Below, piece after piece: positions 51,460-62,452 of a DNA stretch of 64,000 nucleotides. The stretch comes from an uncultured Candidatus Rokubacteria bacterium (GTDB lineage: Bacteria; Methylomirabilota; Methylomirabilia; Rokubacteriales; CSP1-6). A model generated the notes under the pieces. It was not told where the DNA came from, made no database searches, and was given only the letters and a program-made list of their open reading frames with translations. Numbering within the stretch: the first letter of the stretch is position 1; each line of letters opens with the position of its first letter. Position numbers and translations under genes: made by a program. Location of the stretch: NCBI GenBank assembly GCA_963789955.1, contig CAWBMV010000017.1, positions 1 to 64,000 on the forward strand, given 5' to 3'.

Positions 51460-52086
51460 ATGCTGAAACTCACTCTGCCGACAGGTCGGACGTTGATCAT
51501 CGCCGGCGGCGCCGCGCTCGTCGTCGTCGCGCTCGGCGCGGGCGGCTGGTACTGGCACATCGTCTCGCAACGGCATGCGATGGCCGCGTACGCCGACGCG
51601 ATGACGCGGGCTCAGCCCGCGCTGACGCCGCAGGCGACCGCGGACGCGAAGGCCACGGCGATCCGGGAGCTCGAAACGGCCCTCACGCAATATCCTTCGG
51701 GCCCGGGCGCCGCGCAGGTGGCCTACGAGCTCGGTAACCTTCGCTACGACGCCCAGCAGTACGCGCAGGCGCGCGGCGCCTGGGATCTCGCCGTCGCGCA
51801 GGGGCCGCCGCGGACGATCAAGGCGCTGAGCCAGGGCGGCATCGCGTACACGTGGGAGGCCGAGCGCAACTACGCGAAGGCGGTCGAGGCGTTCAAGATC
51901 GCGCTGACCGGCCTGGGCCCCAAGGACTTCTACTACGAGGATCTGCTCCTGGGTCTCGCGCGGACGCAGGAGCTGGCCGGCCAGAAGGCCGACGCGATCG
52001 CGACCTATCGCCGGGCGCTCGGCGAGTTCGCGCAGAGTCGTCGCGTCGAGGAGATCAAGGCGCGGCTCGCCGCGCTGGGAGCGTAG
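51460..52086 (+). CDS. membrane-anchored tetratricopeptide-repeat protein (YfgM-like)
   Basis: N-terminal TM 'LIIAGGAALVVVALGAGGWYW' and TPR-like helical repeats. Confidence 0.65.
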   Translation: MLKLTLPTGRTLIIAGGAALVVVALGAGGWYWHIVSQRHAMAAYADAMTRAQPALTPQATADAKATAIRELETALTQYPSGPGAAQVAYELGNLRYDAQQYAQARGAWDLAVAQGPPRTIKALSQGGIAYTWEAERNYAKAVEAFKIALTGLGPKDFYYEDLLLGLARTQELAGQKADAIATYRRALGEFAQSRRVEEIKARLAALGA

Positions 52087-52198
52087 TCGATCGGCGCAAC
52101 CCTCGCGCCCGAGCCAGGCCTCGCGTACTTCCGATAAGGTGGATTATGTCAAGTAAAAGAGAAGTGCCCGTGCGCGGGGTGACGATCTCACCCGGCCA

Positions 52199-52226
52199 TT
52201 GACACGCTCACAAATCCTCCTAGACT
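52199..52226 (+). promoter_or_regulatory. sigma-70-like promoter for the CHASE2 gene
   Basis: TTGACA-16 nt-TAGACT in a locally AT-rich intergenic region, about 75 nt upstream of GTG 52304. Confidence 0.35.
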
Positions 52227-52303
52227 GAGCGCGCCTCGGCGCGGCGCAACGCTTCTCGGGGCGCTGACAACGCGTTGAGAGCTTCGAGAGTCGAGGATCG
52301 CCT

Positions 52304-53960
52304 GTGAACGAACCGCGGGAGCCGGGGCCCTCCAGCGCCGCACGAGAGTCGCGAAGCCCGGCGCCGCTGACCCGGATGCTGATCAGGCTCGGCGCGCTGG
52401 TGCTCATCGGAGCGCTCCTCTTCGTTTTCCATGGGATCCCCTCGTACGTCAAGCCATGGTCGCAGGCGATCATCAACGGCATCGTCAAGTACACGTACCG
52501 GCAGGACGGGCAGGCGGAAACCACCGTCGTTCTCTTCCGAGAGAGCAATCTTCGCGATCTGAAGGAGCCCTACCCGGTCTCGTATCAGCGCCACGCCATG
52601 GTGCTCGACGCGATCGCGTCGTATCAGCCGAGCGCGGTATTCATGGATTTCGTCTTCATGGACCAGCGCCAGGGGATTGGGGATCTGCGCCAGGCCATCT
52701 GCGACTTGCGTGACGCCGAAGATCCCTGTCTATCTCGCGGTGCTCGAACCCATGAAGCGCCCGGAGAAGGCGGGCGAGCCTTGGGTATTCGAATGCGCGA
52801 TTCAGGTGAGCGCCCAGATGGCGGCGGTGGTGGGGACCAGCGGCGTCCTGACGTACGCTCACGGGGTCACCGTCTACCAAGACGCGCAGAAGCACGAGGG
52901 CAAGACGTTCCTCCCCACGCCCGCGTTCGCCATGGCCTCGTCGAAATTGCAGATGGAGCCGAGCGACGCGCAGGACATGGAAATCATCTGGGGTAACGGC
53001 GTCGCGAAGCTGAACGAGCACTGGATGAGCGCGTGCGCGCGCGCCGGCACCTGGCTCTCTCATCTCGTCGGTATCTTCTCGAACGACCCTTTGAAGTCGG
53101 TGAAGCTGCAATGCCCGTACACGCGGACCATCACCGTGGGCCAGCTCCTGCTCTCGTCGGGCGACAAAGAGCTGGCGGACGCGATCCACGGCAGTGCGGT
53201 GTTCTACGGGGCCGCCTTCGATCTCACCGGTGACCGCGTCGCCTCGCCGGTCTTCCAGGAGCTGCCGGGCGTCTATCTGCACGCGATGGCCTACGACAAT
53301 CTCGTGACGTTCCACACCGACTACAAGCGGGCGGAGCGTCAGCTCCTGATTCCCTCGTTGATCGGCCGAAACATCTCCGTTCCGCTCACCGGCGTCGTCG
53401 ACGCCATCCTCCTGCTCGTCACCGTCACCATTCTCCTCCTCGTCGAAGAGCCGCCCGTTCCCGTCCAGACGCTCCGCGCGCGCTTCACGCAGATGAGGCC
53501 CGCGCGCAAGTGGATCGTGCTCGGGCTCATCGCCTCGCTGGTGATCGGCGCGATCAAGGCGGACGCCAGTCTCTTGGCGGCGGGAGGTCTCTTGCTCCTC
53601 ATGATCGCCATCACCCTGCTCGATCTCGCGCCACCGGCCGAACGGCCTCCTGAGAGCCTGCAGGGATTTGTCGTGCGCCGGATTCTGTCTCTCGTCGTCC
53701 CGATCGTCGCGGTGTTGGCGTTCATCGGGATCGACCGTGGACTCGGTCTCGACGCCGCGCTGCTTCTGGTGGCCGTGCCCGGATACTTCATCTACAAGGT
53801 CGTCGTCGGCCGCGATCTGCTCTTCGCGGCGACGGCCGTGCTGCTGGTCCTGGCGGCGGTCGTTCTCGTGTCATCCGCCGGTCAACCTCGGCCCGCGCAA
53901 CGTGATCACGTACGTGGCGTTCTTCGAGGTGGCTCGAACGCTGCTCAAGCATGCGGATGA
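52304..53960 (+). CDS. CHASE2 domain membrane sensor protein, frameshifted near 52720. C-terminal end uncertain
   Basis: N-terminal TM then extracytoplasmic CHASE2-like region split between ORFs 52304..52996 and 52677..53960. 4 or more C-terminal TM helices. The frame appears to change again near 53880. Confidence 0.55.
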
Positions 53961-54120
53961 CGTGGCGACCCAGTACTTCGATCTGACGTCGACCGGTATC
54001 CCGATGACGGCGACTGGGGCCGGGCCCGGCCGCTCATGCCGGCACTGGACAAGGTGTTCGCCGTGTGCCGACGCACGACGCGGCACGCCGACACCGAGCG
54101 TGACAGTAAGGAGGAGACTC

Positions 54121-54506
54121 ATGCGAAGCCTGCCGGTGCTCCGGCGTAGTCCACTGATCGTCATCGCGCTGCTCGTTGCCGTCACGACCGCCGGCGCCCA
54201 GGGCGCCTCGCAGGTCACGAAGCTCAGGACGGCGAAGGTGACGCTCTTCGACTGCGCGAGCGGCGCCAAGAAGACGGATCTCGCCCAGAAGGACTTTCAG
54301 GGGCCGTGGCCGGTCACGGGCCAGACCGACGCCGGCCGGCCTTCTCCCCGTCAAGGTCAACGGAGACAACGTATGCGTACGCGTCTACGCGGTCGAGACG
54401 GACAAGGTCATCACGACGAGCTCCGATTGCGAACGCGGTCGTGGCGGCGAATCAGCCCAGGAGCGGCGCGACGCGAGGGGTCGGCGAGGATTGCAAGAAA
54501 CAGTGA
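54121..54506 (+). CDS. small secreted hypothetical protein (frameshifted)
   Basis: ATG 54121 with aaggagga RBS. 'MRSLPVLRRSPLIVIALLVAVTTAGAQG..'. The later part 'KVNGDNVCVRVYAVETDKVITTSSDCERG' is in another frame. Confidence 0.35.
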
Positions 54507-56139
54507 ATCGTACGGCCGCCCTCGCCCTGGCCGTTCTGGTCGCGACCGGCTGCGCCGCACAGACCGAGCAGACCGGTAAGAGCCGACGCGGGGAACAAGT
54601 CCAGCGTGGATGTCGAATCTCCCGAGCGTGCCCGGCCTGAACGACCAGGGCGAGAAGGCGACGCTCATCTCCGAGCTCAAGACCCGGCCCCTACAAGCCT
54701 CGCCGCTGGCGATCGGCGTGGGGAAGGATCTCGCCCAGCGTCGCGCCGACGCCCTCGGGTTCGTACGCACCGCGTCGCTCGAGCAGTACCTCGCCGCGGT
54801 GCGAGTACCCAGCTGCGTCGCCGCCTCGAACGTCACCGGCGTGCCCGGCCGCGTGACGGTGCTCGCCAATCCTGCGTTCGCCGCCTACTCGACGCCGGAC
54901 GGCAACGTGTACCTGGCGATGGGATGGTTGAAGAACCTCGAGAACGCGGACGAGATGGCGGCGATCGTCGCGCACGAGCTCTCCCACGTGCTGCTCACCC
55001 ACCACTCCTCCGACCTGGTGAGCGAATGGCAGCACAAGGGCCAGGCGATTCAGGAGATCGTCATCCGCGCCAAGGCCGATCAGAGCAAAACGAAGACCGT
55101 GTCGAAGGCCGACGCCAAGACCGTCAAGGACGCGCAGTTCGTCGCGGACATCAGCGACAAGCTGCTGCTCCCGGCATGGAGCCGACGGCAGGAGCGCGAG
55201 GCCGACCTCCTGGGCGTCGACCTGATGATTCGCGCCAACTACTCGCCGGCGGCCATGGTGAGCATGCTCGAGAAGCTCAAAGCGTGGGAAGCGCAGAACA
55301 AGGAGTCGGACGACGCCTTCTGGAGCGGCTCAAGCAGACCGTCGCAGGCGGACGCGGGCCAGGCGGCGAACATGCTCTACAAGAAAGCCGTCAGCATCGT
55401 CTCGGTCAACCATCCCAAGACCGAGGACCGGATCAACGACGTCGCGCAGTACCTCGATCGGCACTACGGCGACAAGAAGCTGCCGGACATGCACCCGGCC
55501 GCGTGGAAGGACGTGGTGACACGGCCGGACGTGGCCGATCTGATCAAGAACTACGACTCGGCCTTCCAGGCGCAAGAAGCTCCTCGACGCGCAACAAGCC
55601 GCTGGAGTCGCTCGCCGAAGCGAAGATCGCGGCGACGGCACCGACGGCGACCGACGCGTACCCCAACTGGATTCTCGCGCGCGCGGCGACGTCGCTCCAT
55701 CGGCAGCCCGACGCGCTCGGCCGCGCTCCAGCGGGCGCTGAGCTCGCCCGAGCCCGAATCCCGCAGATCTACGACGACACGATCGCCGGCTACGAGCAGG
55801 CCACCGAACATCCAGACCGCACTCACGTGGACGGACAAGGCCTCGTCGGTCTTCGGCGGCGCCCCGCGGTGGAGGCCGGTGAAGATCCGACTGCTCAGAA
55901 AGGCCGGGAAGACGTCGGACGCGGACGCTCAGACGCTCGACTGCTCGGTCAACGCTCAGGACTGGCGCCGCCTGTGCCAGGAGGCGAATCAGACGCCGGC
56001 TCCGGGCCAGAAGACGCCGCCGGCGACGCGACACGCGACCCCAAAGCCGAGCCGACACCGACGCCCGGCGACGCCCGCGGCGAGACGCCGGCGCCAAGCC
56101 GGTTCGCCGGCGCCGGCCCCCCCGCCCCGAACGAGCTAG
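54503..56139 (+). pseudogene. M48-family zinc metallopeptidase lipoprotein (BepA/Ste24-like) with several frameshifts
   Basis: Lipobox 'LAVLVATGCAAQ' after GTG 54503. 'VAHELSHVL' (HExxH) and 'EREADLLG' in ORF 54610... Plausible C-terminal helical repeats spread over other frames. Confidence 0.6.
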
Positions 56140-57423
56140 GACGCGGAGCGCGCTACGGGCGGGCGCGCCCGACCGGCGGGGCGACTTTCCAGCGGTTCGT
56201 CACGAGCGCGCCCAGCCGCTGCCAGCGGCCGGACGCTCCGCGGTGATGACCTCGTAGTACTTGACGAACGCCGGGTGTTGGCGAGCGGGATCGGACGGTA
56301 GGGCCCTTCACCGCGGACGGAGGGCACGCTCGGCTCGAGGAAGCGTCGCTCGACGTGGATCCTCGCACTGGACCGGCTCCGGTCGCAGATGCTCGCGCGT
56401 GCCCTTGATCCAGAGCGCGCCCAAGCCCATCCGCCCGTCGTGCTGCATGCCTCGTGCGAGGAGCGCAGGCCCAATCGCGTCGAGTCGACGAGCAGCGGAT
56501 TCGGGATCGCTGTCGCCTCGGCGATCATCCACTCGAGCGCCAGATCGGACAGCTCGTTTTCGGGGTAGCCGCCACCGACGTCGGAGTGCACGCCCGGGAA
56601 ACCAGACTTGCTTGATCCGGCCGGAGGCACGATCCGAGTCGAGCTCGTCCCAGAGCTCGGGCCAGGAAGGTCGCGCGATCCTCGTCGAGCGCCAGCGCGT
56701 GGCGCGCGAACGCGACGTCCGGATGCAGGGTCGCATCGTGAAACGCGTGACGCCACGGGACGAACCGGCTGACCCCGGCAAGCCGAGCGCCCGCACCGTG
56801 TCCCACACGCCGATGAAGTGCGGCACTGCGTCGAGGAGCGCATAGCGCTCCCGATAGCGAGCGGCCCGCGAGGCGCGCAGACGCTTCATCTGAGTCGCTG
56901 CGAGCCGTAGGTCTGGTAGACCCAGTGGAGCGCGCGCCACACGAGTCGGCGGCGAGCCCGGCGGTCGACGCGCGGATCATGGCCGCGCCGACTGCGCGTC
57001 GGAATGCCGCACATCGCGAGCATGCCGCCGAGGCTGCGCACGGTGTAGGCACCCGCGGCTGAAGCCGAACAGATAGATCCGATCGCCGGGCTCGTACATC
57101 CGGATCAGGGCGTCGTAGCAGTCGACGATGTTCCAGGAAATGCCGAGACCCGTCGCCTGGCTGACCAGGTTGTAGATCTGGCGCCACCGCCGCCAGCGGG
57201 CGCCGTCGGGCGGCGAGCCGAGGCCGGGATCGTAGAAGGTCTCCTGGACGCCGGGATAGCCGGGCACGCGAGGAACAGCTTGTAGACGTTGCTCGGAACC
57301 AGGCCGGGAATGCCGCCCGGCCTGCCCGGTTCCGTCAGAGAAGATCACGATGTTCTTGGGCACGCGGCACCTCGACCGAATTCGCGGACGCGACTCTACA
57401 AAGCTTCGATCGGACGCTGTCAA
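56136..57423 (-). pseudogene. DUF2235-family alpha/beta hydrolase (T6SS Tle1-like phospholipase fold), with at least 3 frameshifts
   Basis: 'NIVIFSDGTGQ' and 'IYLFGFSRG' in 56977..57423. 'YALLDAVPHFIGVWDTVRALG' in 56308..56940. 'FPGVHSDVGGGYPENELSDLALEWM' in 56136..56843. Confidence 0.6.
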
Positions 57424-57449
57424 TTCGAAAACGGACTCAGCGCGACGCG

Positions 57450-58347
57450 AGTCAGCCGAGATGCGGAAGCACGGCGGCGGCGAAGAGCTGGGTGCCCTCC
57501 GGACGGGGCGCGTCGGCGAAGTTCACGGTCAGCCGATGGGCGCCCTGCGCGACGATCGCCGCGGAGCGCCTCGGTCACGCGCGCCGGCGTGCCGGCGAGC
57601 CTGATGTCGGTCATCGGACGGACGCCGGGCGCGGTCTTGAGCCGCTCCACCTCGCGCTCGGTCTCGGCGATCAGGATGCCGACGCGAACGACCTGGCGGA
57701 TCGTGTCGTAGTCGCGGCCCACCTCGCGGCAGTGCTTCTTGAGAACTTCCTGCTTGTGCGTGTAGAGCGCGGGATCACGGAAGGGATAGTTCCACCAGTC
57801 GGCGTGACGCGCGACGACGCGCAGCAGGTAGGTCTCGCCGTGGCCGCCGACCATGACCGGCGGGATCGGATCGGGTCGAGGCTCGCAGTGCGCGTCGGTG
57901 AGCGTGTAGTGCTCCCCCTGATAGCTGGCGGGCGCCTGGGTCCACATCGTCCGGATCAGCTCGATCGCCTCGGCCAGCTGCGCGATGCGCGTGCGCGTCG
58001 GCGGATACGGCCAGCCGTACGCCCGGTACTCTTCCTCGTTCCAGCCGGCGCCGATGCCGAGGATCACCCGCCCGCCCGAGAGCGCCTGCGCGGTGGCGAC
58101 CATCTTGGCCAGGTGCGCGGGGTTCCGGAAGCTGTTGCAGAGCACTTCGTGGCCGCAGAGCTTGTCGGGATAGCGCGCGAGCGCGTACGGCAGGAGCGTC
58201 CAGCCCTCGGCGACGCGGTTGCCGCCGTACTGGACGTGATCGGGAAGCCAGAGCGAGTCGAACGGGCCGAGCGTCTTGTCGAGGTACGGAAACGTACTGC
58301 TCGACGAGCCTCGACCAGATGTTGAGGCCGACCGGAACCCGCACTAG
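57450..58347 (-). CDS. LLM-class F420/flavin-dependent oxidoreductase with two frameshifts
   Basis: GTG overlapping the upstream stop (taGTG). 'FDSLWLPDHVQYGGN', 'LGIGAGWNEEEY'. Canonical C-terminus 'IVAQGAHRLTVNFADAPRPEGTQLFAAAVLPHLG*' found in a third frame ending at 57450. Confidence 0.6.
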
Positions 58348-59165
58348 CCCGGGATGTGCGCTTCTTCGGGGAGCTTGTCCCAGACTGGCTTCCACTCCGG
58401 CACGGTCAGCCCGAACTTCTCGCAGAGGTCCTTGACCTCCGCCGCGAACGCCTGGCGCACCTCGTCGTTGTCACGGAGCTTGAGCTTCAGCTTTCGATAG
58501 ATCTGATTTTTCGGCGATCCCGGGCGCCCGAAGATGTTCATCGTCCGGATGTACCACTTGTCGAACGTGGTCTGGGCTTCCGCGTGGGTCGTTGGGTCTT
58601 CGGTGAGCTTCTTGACCCAGTACTCGCCGTGGCGGATGTGGAACTTCTCTTCCTTGAAGATGCCGTCGATCGCCCGCACCCAGGGCCCGTAGGAGCAGCC
58701 GCGCACGTCCTCGAGCTGATGCCCGGCGCCGCGGTCCATGCAGAAGTTGAAGAAGATGAAATCGGCCCAGGTGTCGATCGGGTAGTAGAAGATGTTCACC
58801 CGCTTGTCGCTCGTGATGCGCGCGGTGCCGATGTCGCGGCCGGCGTCGATGCGCATCGTGAAGATCTCGTCGTGCTGGCGCACGTGGCTCTCGACGTCGA
58901 AGCCGAGGTCGGCCAGCAGCCCGTACATGACGGTCGCGTGGCGGAGCTCGTCCTTCACGATCTGGGCGACCACGTGCTTTTCCTCGACCGTCGGCGCCCT
59001 GGTGATCCAGGGCACGTAGCCATAGCCGCCGGCGAGCTCGGAATCCGCCTGCATGGTCAGGAGATGGATCAGGTTCTCGCGGTACTCCCCGGTCATCTCC
59101 GCGGCCGACTCCAGACGCACGCCGCGGTCGATCTTCGCCATCATGTCCCTGGCCTGGTCGCTCAT
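58344..59165 (-). CDS. ferritin-like diiron oxygenase, PaaA-like (1,2-phenylacetyl-CoA epoxidase subunit A family)
   Basis: 'QADSELAGGYGY' and 'KDELRHATVMYGLLADLG' (ExxH diiron motif). ATG 59165 with GGGAGG RBS. Confidence 0.7.
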   Translation of the reverse strand: MSDQARDMMAKIDRGVRLESAAEMTGEYRENLIHLLTMQADSELAGGYGYVPWITRAPTVEEKHVVAQIVKDELRHATVMYGLLADLGFDVESHVRQHDEIFTMRIDAGRDIGTARITSDKRVNIFYYPIDTWADFIFFNFCMDRGAGHQLEDVRGCSYGPWVRAIDGIFKEEKFHIRHGEYWVKKLTEDPTTHAEAQTTFDKWYIRTMNIFGRPGSPKNQIYRKLKLKLRDNDEVRQAFAAEVKDLCEKFGLTVPEWKPVWDKLPEEAHIPG

Positions 59166-59190
59166 CGGAGCCTCCCGTCCCAGCATACCG

Positions 59191-60488
59191 CTACCCGCGC
59201 TCGATCACACGCACCGCCTTGCCTTCGGATCGAGGGATCGTTCGAGGCGCCACGATCGTGAGCTCGACACCGAGGCCCGTCGCCTGGCGGAGCTGCTCGG
59301 TGGCGCGCCGTCTCAGCGACGCGATCTCCGGATGATCGGCGGCGAAGCCGCCGCAGCGCGCGATCAGCTCGGGAGCCGGCTCGACCTGGACCTCGAGCCG
59401 CGCCAGGGTCGCGCCACGGTCCACGACGAGCTGATAGTGGGGGGCCAGCTCTTCCACGGCGAGCAGGGTGCGTTCGACCTCGGACGGATAGAGGTTGACC
59501 CCTTTGACGATGAGCATGTCGTCGGAGCGCCCCTTGACCCGCGCCATCCGAGCCGAGGTGCGGCCGCAGCGGCAGGGCTCCACGGTCAGGGTCGTGATGT
59601 CGCCGGTGCGGTAGCGCACGAGCGGCATCGCCCGCTTGGTCACGGTGGTGAAGACGAGCTCCCCTTCCCGGCCCGGCGGCAGCACGGTCCCGGAGGCCGG
59701 ATCGATGATCTCCGGCAGGAAGTGATCGTCGGCGATGTGCAGCCCGTCGCGCGCCTCGCACTCACCGGCGACGCCGGGTCCGATGATCTCCGAGAGGCCG
59801 TAGATGTCGAACGCGCTGAGGCCGAGCGCCCGCTCGATCGCGATCCGGATGCCGTCGGTCCAGGGCTCGGCGCCGAAGATGCCGACGCGCAGGCCGAGGT
59901 CGCGGGGCTTTCCGCCCTGCTCCGCGAGCGTCTCGGCCAGGTGCAACGCGAAGGACGGCGTCGCCGCGATCACGTCCGGCTTGAAGTCTTGCAGCAGGAG
60001 ATGATGGCGCGCGGTGTTGCCCGAGGAGACCGGTACGACGGTCATGCCGACCCGCTCCGCCCCGTCGTGGAAGCCGAGCCCGCCCGTGAAGAGCCCATAG
60101 CCGAAGGCGATGTGGAGGAGATCGCCGCGACGCGTGCCCGCCGCCGTCAGCGCACGGGCCATGACCTCGCGCCAGAGGTCGAGATCGCCGGCGGTATAGG
60201 CGGCGACGGTCGGCTTGCCCTTGGTGCCGGACGACGCGTGGATCCGCGCGACCTCCGGGCGAGGCACCGCCAGGAGGCCGAACGGATACTGCTCGCGAAG
60301 GTCGGTCTTGCGGACGAACGGGCAGGCTCGCGAGATCCGCGAGCGTGCGGACCGTCGGCGCCGCCGAGTCGCTCCCGGTGAAACGGGACGTGCTCGACGG
60401 CCCAGCGGATGGTGTCTTGAAGTCGCTGAAGCTGCAGGCGCTCGCGTGCCGCCCGCGGCATGGTCTCGGCTTCGGGATTCCAGATCAA
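59191..60488 (-). CDS. paaK: phenylacetate-CoA ligase (PaaK family adenylate-forming enzyme), one frameshift near 60340
   Basis: N-terminus 'MIWNPEAETMPRAARERLQLQRLQDTIRWAVEHVPFHRE' (ORF 60147..60488). Body with 'SSGTKGKPTVAAYTAGDLDLW' and 'YRTGD' in ORF 59191..60267. Confidence 0.75.
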
Positions 60489-60790
60489 CGCGCGCGCCGA
60501 GGCGGCTCGGGAAACTTTTGCTCGACGATCCGGTGTTGACGCAGGCCGAGCGCTTCGCGCTGGATCACGAGGGCCAGACGGGCGTGGACGGCTCGCATGC
60601 GCGCGCTCTCGTACTCGCCGAGAAGGCGCGCGTGCTCGTTCGGATCGGGGGCCGCGTCGAGCTGCCGGCCGAGGGCGGTCACGTGCGCGAGCGCCGCCTC
60701 GAGCCGCTCACCGGCGCGGCCGAGCGCCGCCGCCTTTTCCTCGGCGATCTCGGCGTTGATGCGCCGGTGCGACTCTTGAAGCCGCGTCAC
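60485..60790 (-). CDS. 101-aa coiled-coil hypothetical protein translationally coupled on both sides
   Basis: GTG overlaps the GT4 stop (GTGA). Its TGA overlaps the TTG start of paaK (TTGA). 'LQESHRRINAEIAEEKAAALGRAGERLEAALAHVTALGRQLD..'. Confidence 0.45.
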   Translation of the reverse strand: MTRLQESHRRINAEIAEEKAAALGRAGERLEAALAHVTALGRQLDAAPDPNEHARLLGEYESARMRAVHARLALVIQREALGLRQHRIVEQKFPEPPRRAR

Positions 60791-61935
60791 CGCAGGCGCG
60801 CGACCGCGTCGGCGTAGACGGCCATCGTCCGGTCGATCTGGAGCTTGACGTCGAACAGATGCTCGGCCACCTCGCGCGCGCGGCGGGCCATCGCGCGCCG
60901 GCGCTCCGGATCGAGGAGGAGTCCGATGACGGCTTCGGCCAGCGCGGCCGGATCGCCCTTCGTGAGGATTCCGGTGTCGCCGTCGCGAACGACCTCGTCG
61001 CAGCCCGGGGCGTCGACGGCCACCGCCGGCAGGCCGCACGCGGCGGCTTCGGCGAGGACCAGGCCCTGCGTCTCGGTCTCGGAGGCGAAGAGAAAGACGT
61101 CGGCGGCCTGGTAGCACTCGGCCAGCGAATCGTGCGGCCGGAGTCCGAGAAAGCGGATCCGCTCGGCCACCGGCAGGCTCGCGGCCGTGCGCCGCAGCCG
61201 CTCCGCCTCGGTGCCCTGCCCCACCAGAACGAGCCGGGCGGCCGGGATCGTCGAGGCGACGCGCTCGAACGCGCCGAGCACCCGATCGACGCTCTTCTCC
61301 CGGTCGAGGCGTCCGACGTAGAGCACCAGCGGCTCGCCCTGGCCCACGCCGAGGCTCCGCCGCGCGGCCTCACGGTCGCCCGGACGAAAGCGCTCGAGAT
61401 CGACGCCCGTGGGGACCACGGCGATCGGTGCCCGGACGCCGCGCGCGTGCAGCTCGTCGCGGATCACCGCCGAGGGCGCCAGCACCGCGTCGGCCTGCGC
61501 CGCGAAGCCGGCGGAGATCCGCAGCGCCGCCGCCTGCACGAGCCGGAGCGGCAGCGGCACGTAGTGCGCGTATTTCTCGTAGCGCGTGTGATAGGTGAAG
61601 ATCAGCGGCCGTCGGGTGCGCCGGGCGAGGCGACGCGCCGCCGGGCCGAGCAGGAACGGATGGTGCGCATGGATGACGTCGAACGCGAGCGCCGACACGA
61701 GCCGCTCGATGCGGCGCGAATACGGCACCGCCAGCGCGAACTCCGGATAGGTCGCGACCGGGATCGACGGGTAGCGAACGACCTTGACCGAGGCGTCCTC
61801 GGCCCCGGTCAGGCGCGGGCCGAAGACCCACGCCTCGTGGCCGGACGCTTCGAGGCCCCGTCGGAGCGTCTCGACCGAGATCGTGACGCCCCCGCAAAAC
61901 GGCAGATAGTTGTTGGTGAAGAGCGCGATCCGCAC
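60787..61935 (-). CDS. GT4-family glycosyltransferase (glycosyl transferase group 1)
   Basis: 'MRIALFTNNYLPFCGGV' and C-terminal 'FASETETQGLVLAEAAACGLPAVAVDAPG' (EX7E region). Confidence 0.8.
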   Translation of the reverse strand: MRIALFTNNYLPFCGGVTISVETLRRGLEASGHEAWVFGPRLTGAEDASVKVVRYPSIPVATYPEFALAVPYSRRIERLVSALAFDVIHAHHPFLLGPAARRLARRTRRPLIFTYHTRYEKYAHYVPLPLRLVQAAALRISAGFAAQADAVLAPSAVIRDELHARGVRAPIAVVPTGVDLERFRPGDREAARRSLGVGQGEPLVLYVGRLDREKSVDRVLGAFERVASTIPAARLVLVGQGTEAERLRRTAASLPVAERIRFLGLRPHDSLAECYQAADVFLFASETETQGLVLAEAAACGLPAVAVDAPGCDEVVRDGDTGILTKGDPAALAEAVIGLLLDPERRRAMARRAREVAEHLFDVKLQIDRTMAVYADAVARLR

Positions 61936-61948
61936 GAGCAGAAGTCCG

Positions 61949-62452
61949 TCAGGCCTTGTTGAACTTCTCGAAATCCTCCGGCTTGATGTTCTGCAGCCAC
62001 TCGCGGAGCTGGTCGGGATCGTCGGGCTTCACGGGCTCCGCCTCCTTGGTGACCTCGAGGCTCTTCGCCTTGCGAATGACTTCCTCGTCGACGTAGATCG
62101 GAGCCGCCACACGGAGGGCGAGCGCGATGGCGTCCGACGGGCGCGAGTCGACGGTGTACTCGGTCTCCCCGAGCTGGAGATGGAGCACGGCGAAGAAGGT
62201 GTTCTCCTTGAGGTCGGTCACGACCACCTTGAGCACGCGCGCTTCGAGCGTCTCGAGGATGTTCTTGATGAGATCGTGCGTCATGGGCCGGGCCGGCGCG
62301 ACCTTCTCGAGCTCGAGCGCGATCGCGTTGGCCTCGAAGATGCCGACCCAGATCTGCAGCGACCGCTTGTCCTCCTCGTCGCGGAGGATGATGATCGGCA
62401 TGTTCGAGACGGCGTCCAGGGCCAGTCCGCGGACCTTCATTTCGACAAACAT
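61949..62452 (-). CDS. bifunctional nuclease family protein (DUF151/BFN domain)
   Basis: 'IIILRDEEDKRSLQIWVGIFEANAIALELE' and 'RPMTHDL'. Classic position immediately downstream of miaB. Confidence 0.75.
   Translation of the reverse strand: MFVEMKVRGLALDAVSNMPIIILRDEEDKRSLQIWVGIFEANAIALELEKVAPARPMTHDLIKNILETLEARVLKVVVTDLKENTFFAVLHLQLGETEYTVDSRPSDAIALALRVAAPIYVDEEVIRKAKSLEVTKEAEPVKPDDPDQLREWLQNIKPEDFEKFNKA

Noticed and set aside
56136-57423. DUF2235 lipase as part of a type VI secretion effector-immunity locus.
   Set aside because: No VgrG, PAAR, Hcp, immunity or T6SS core gene is present in the window. The call is kept at family level only.
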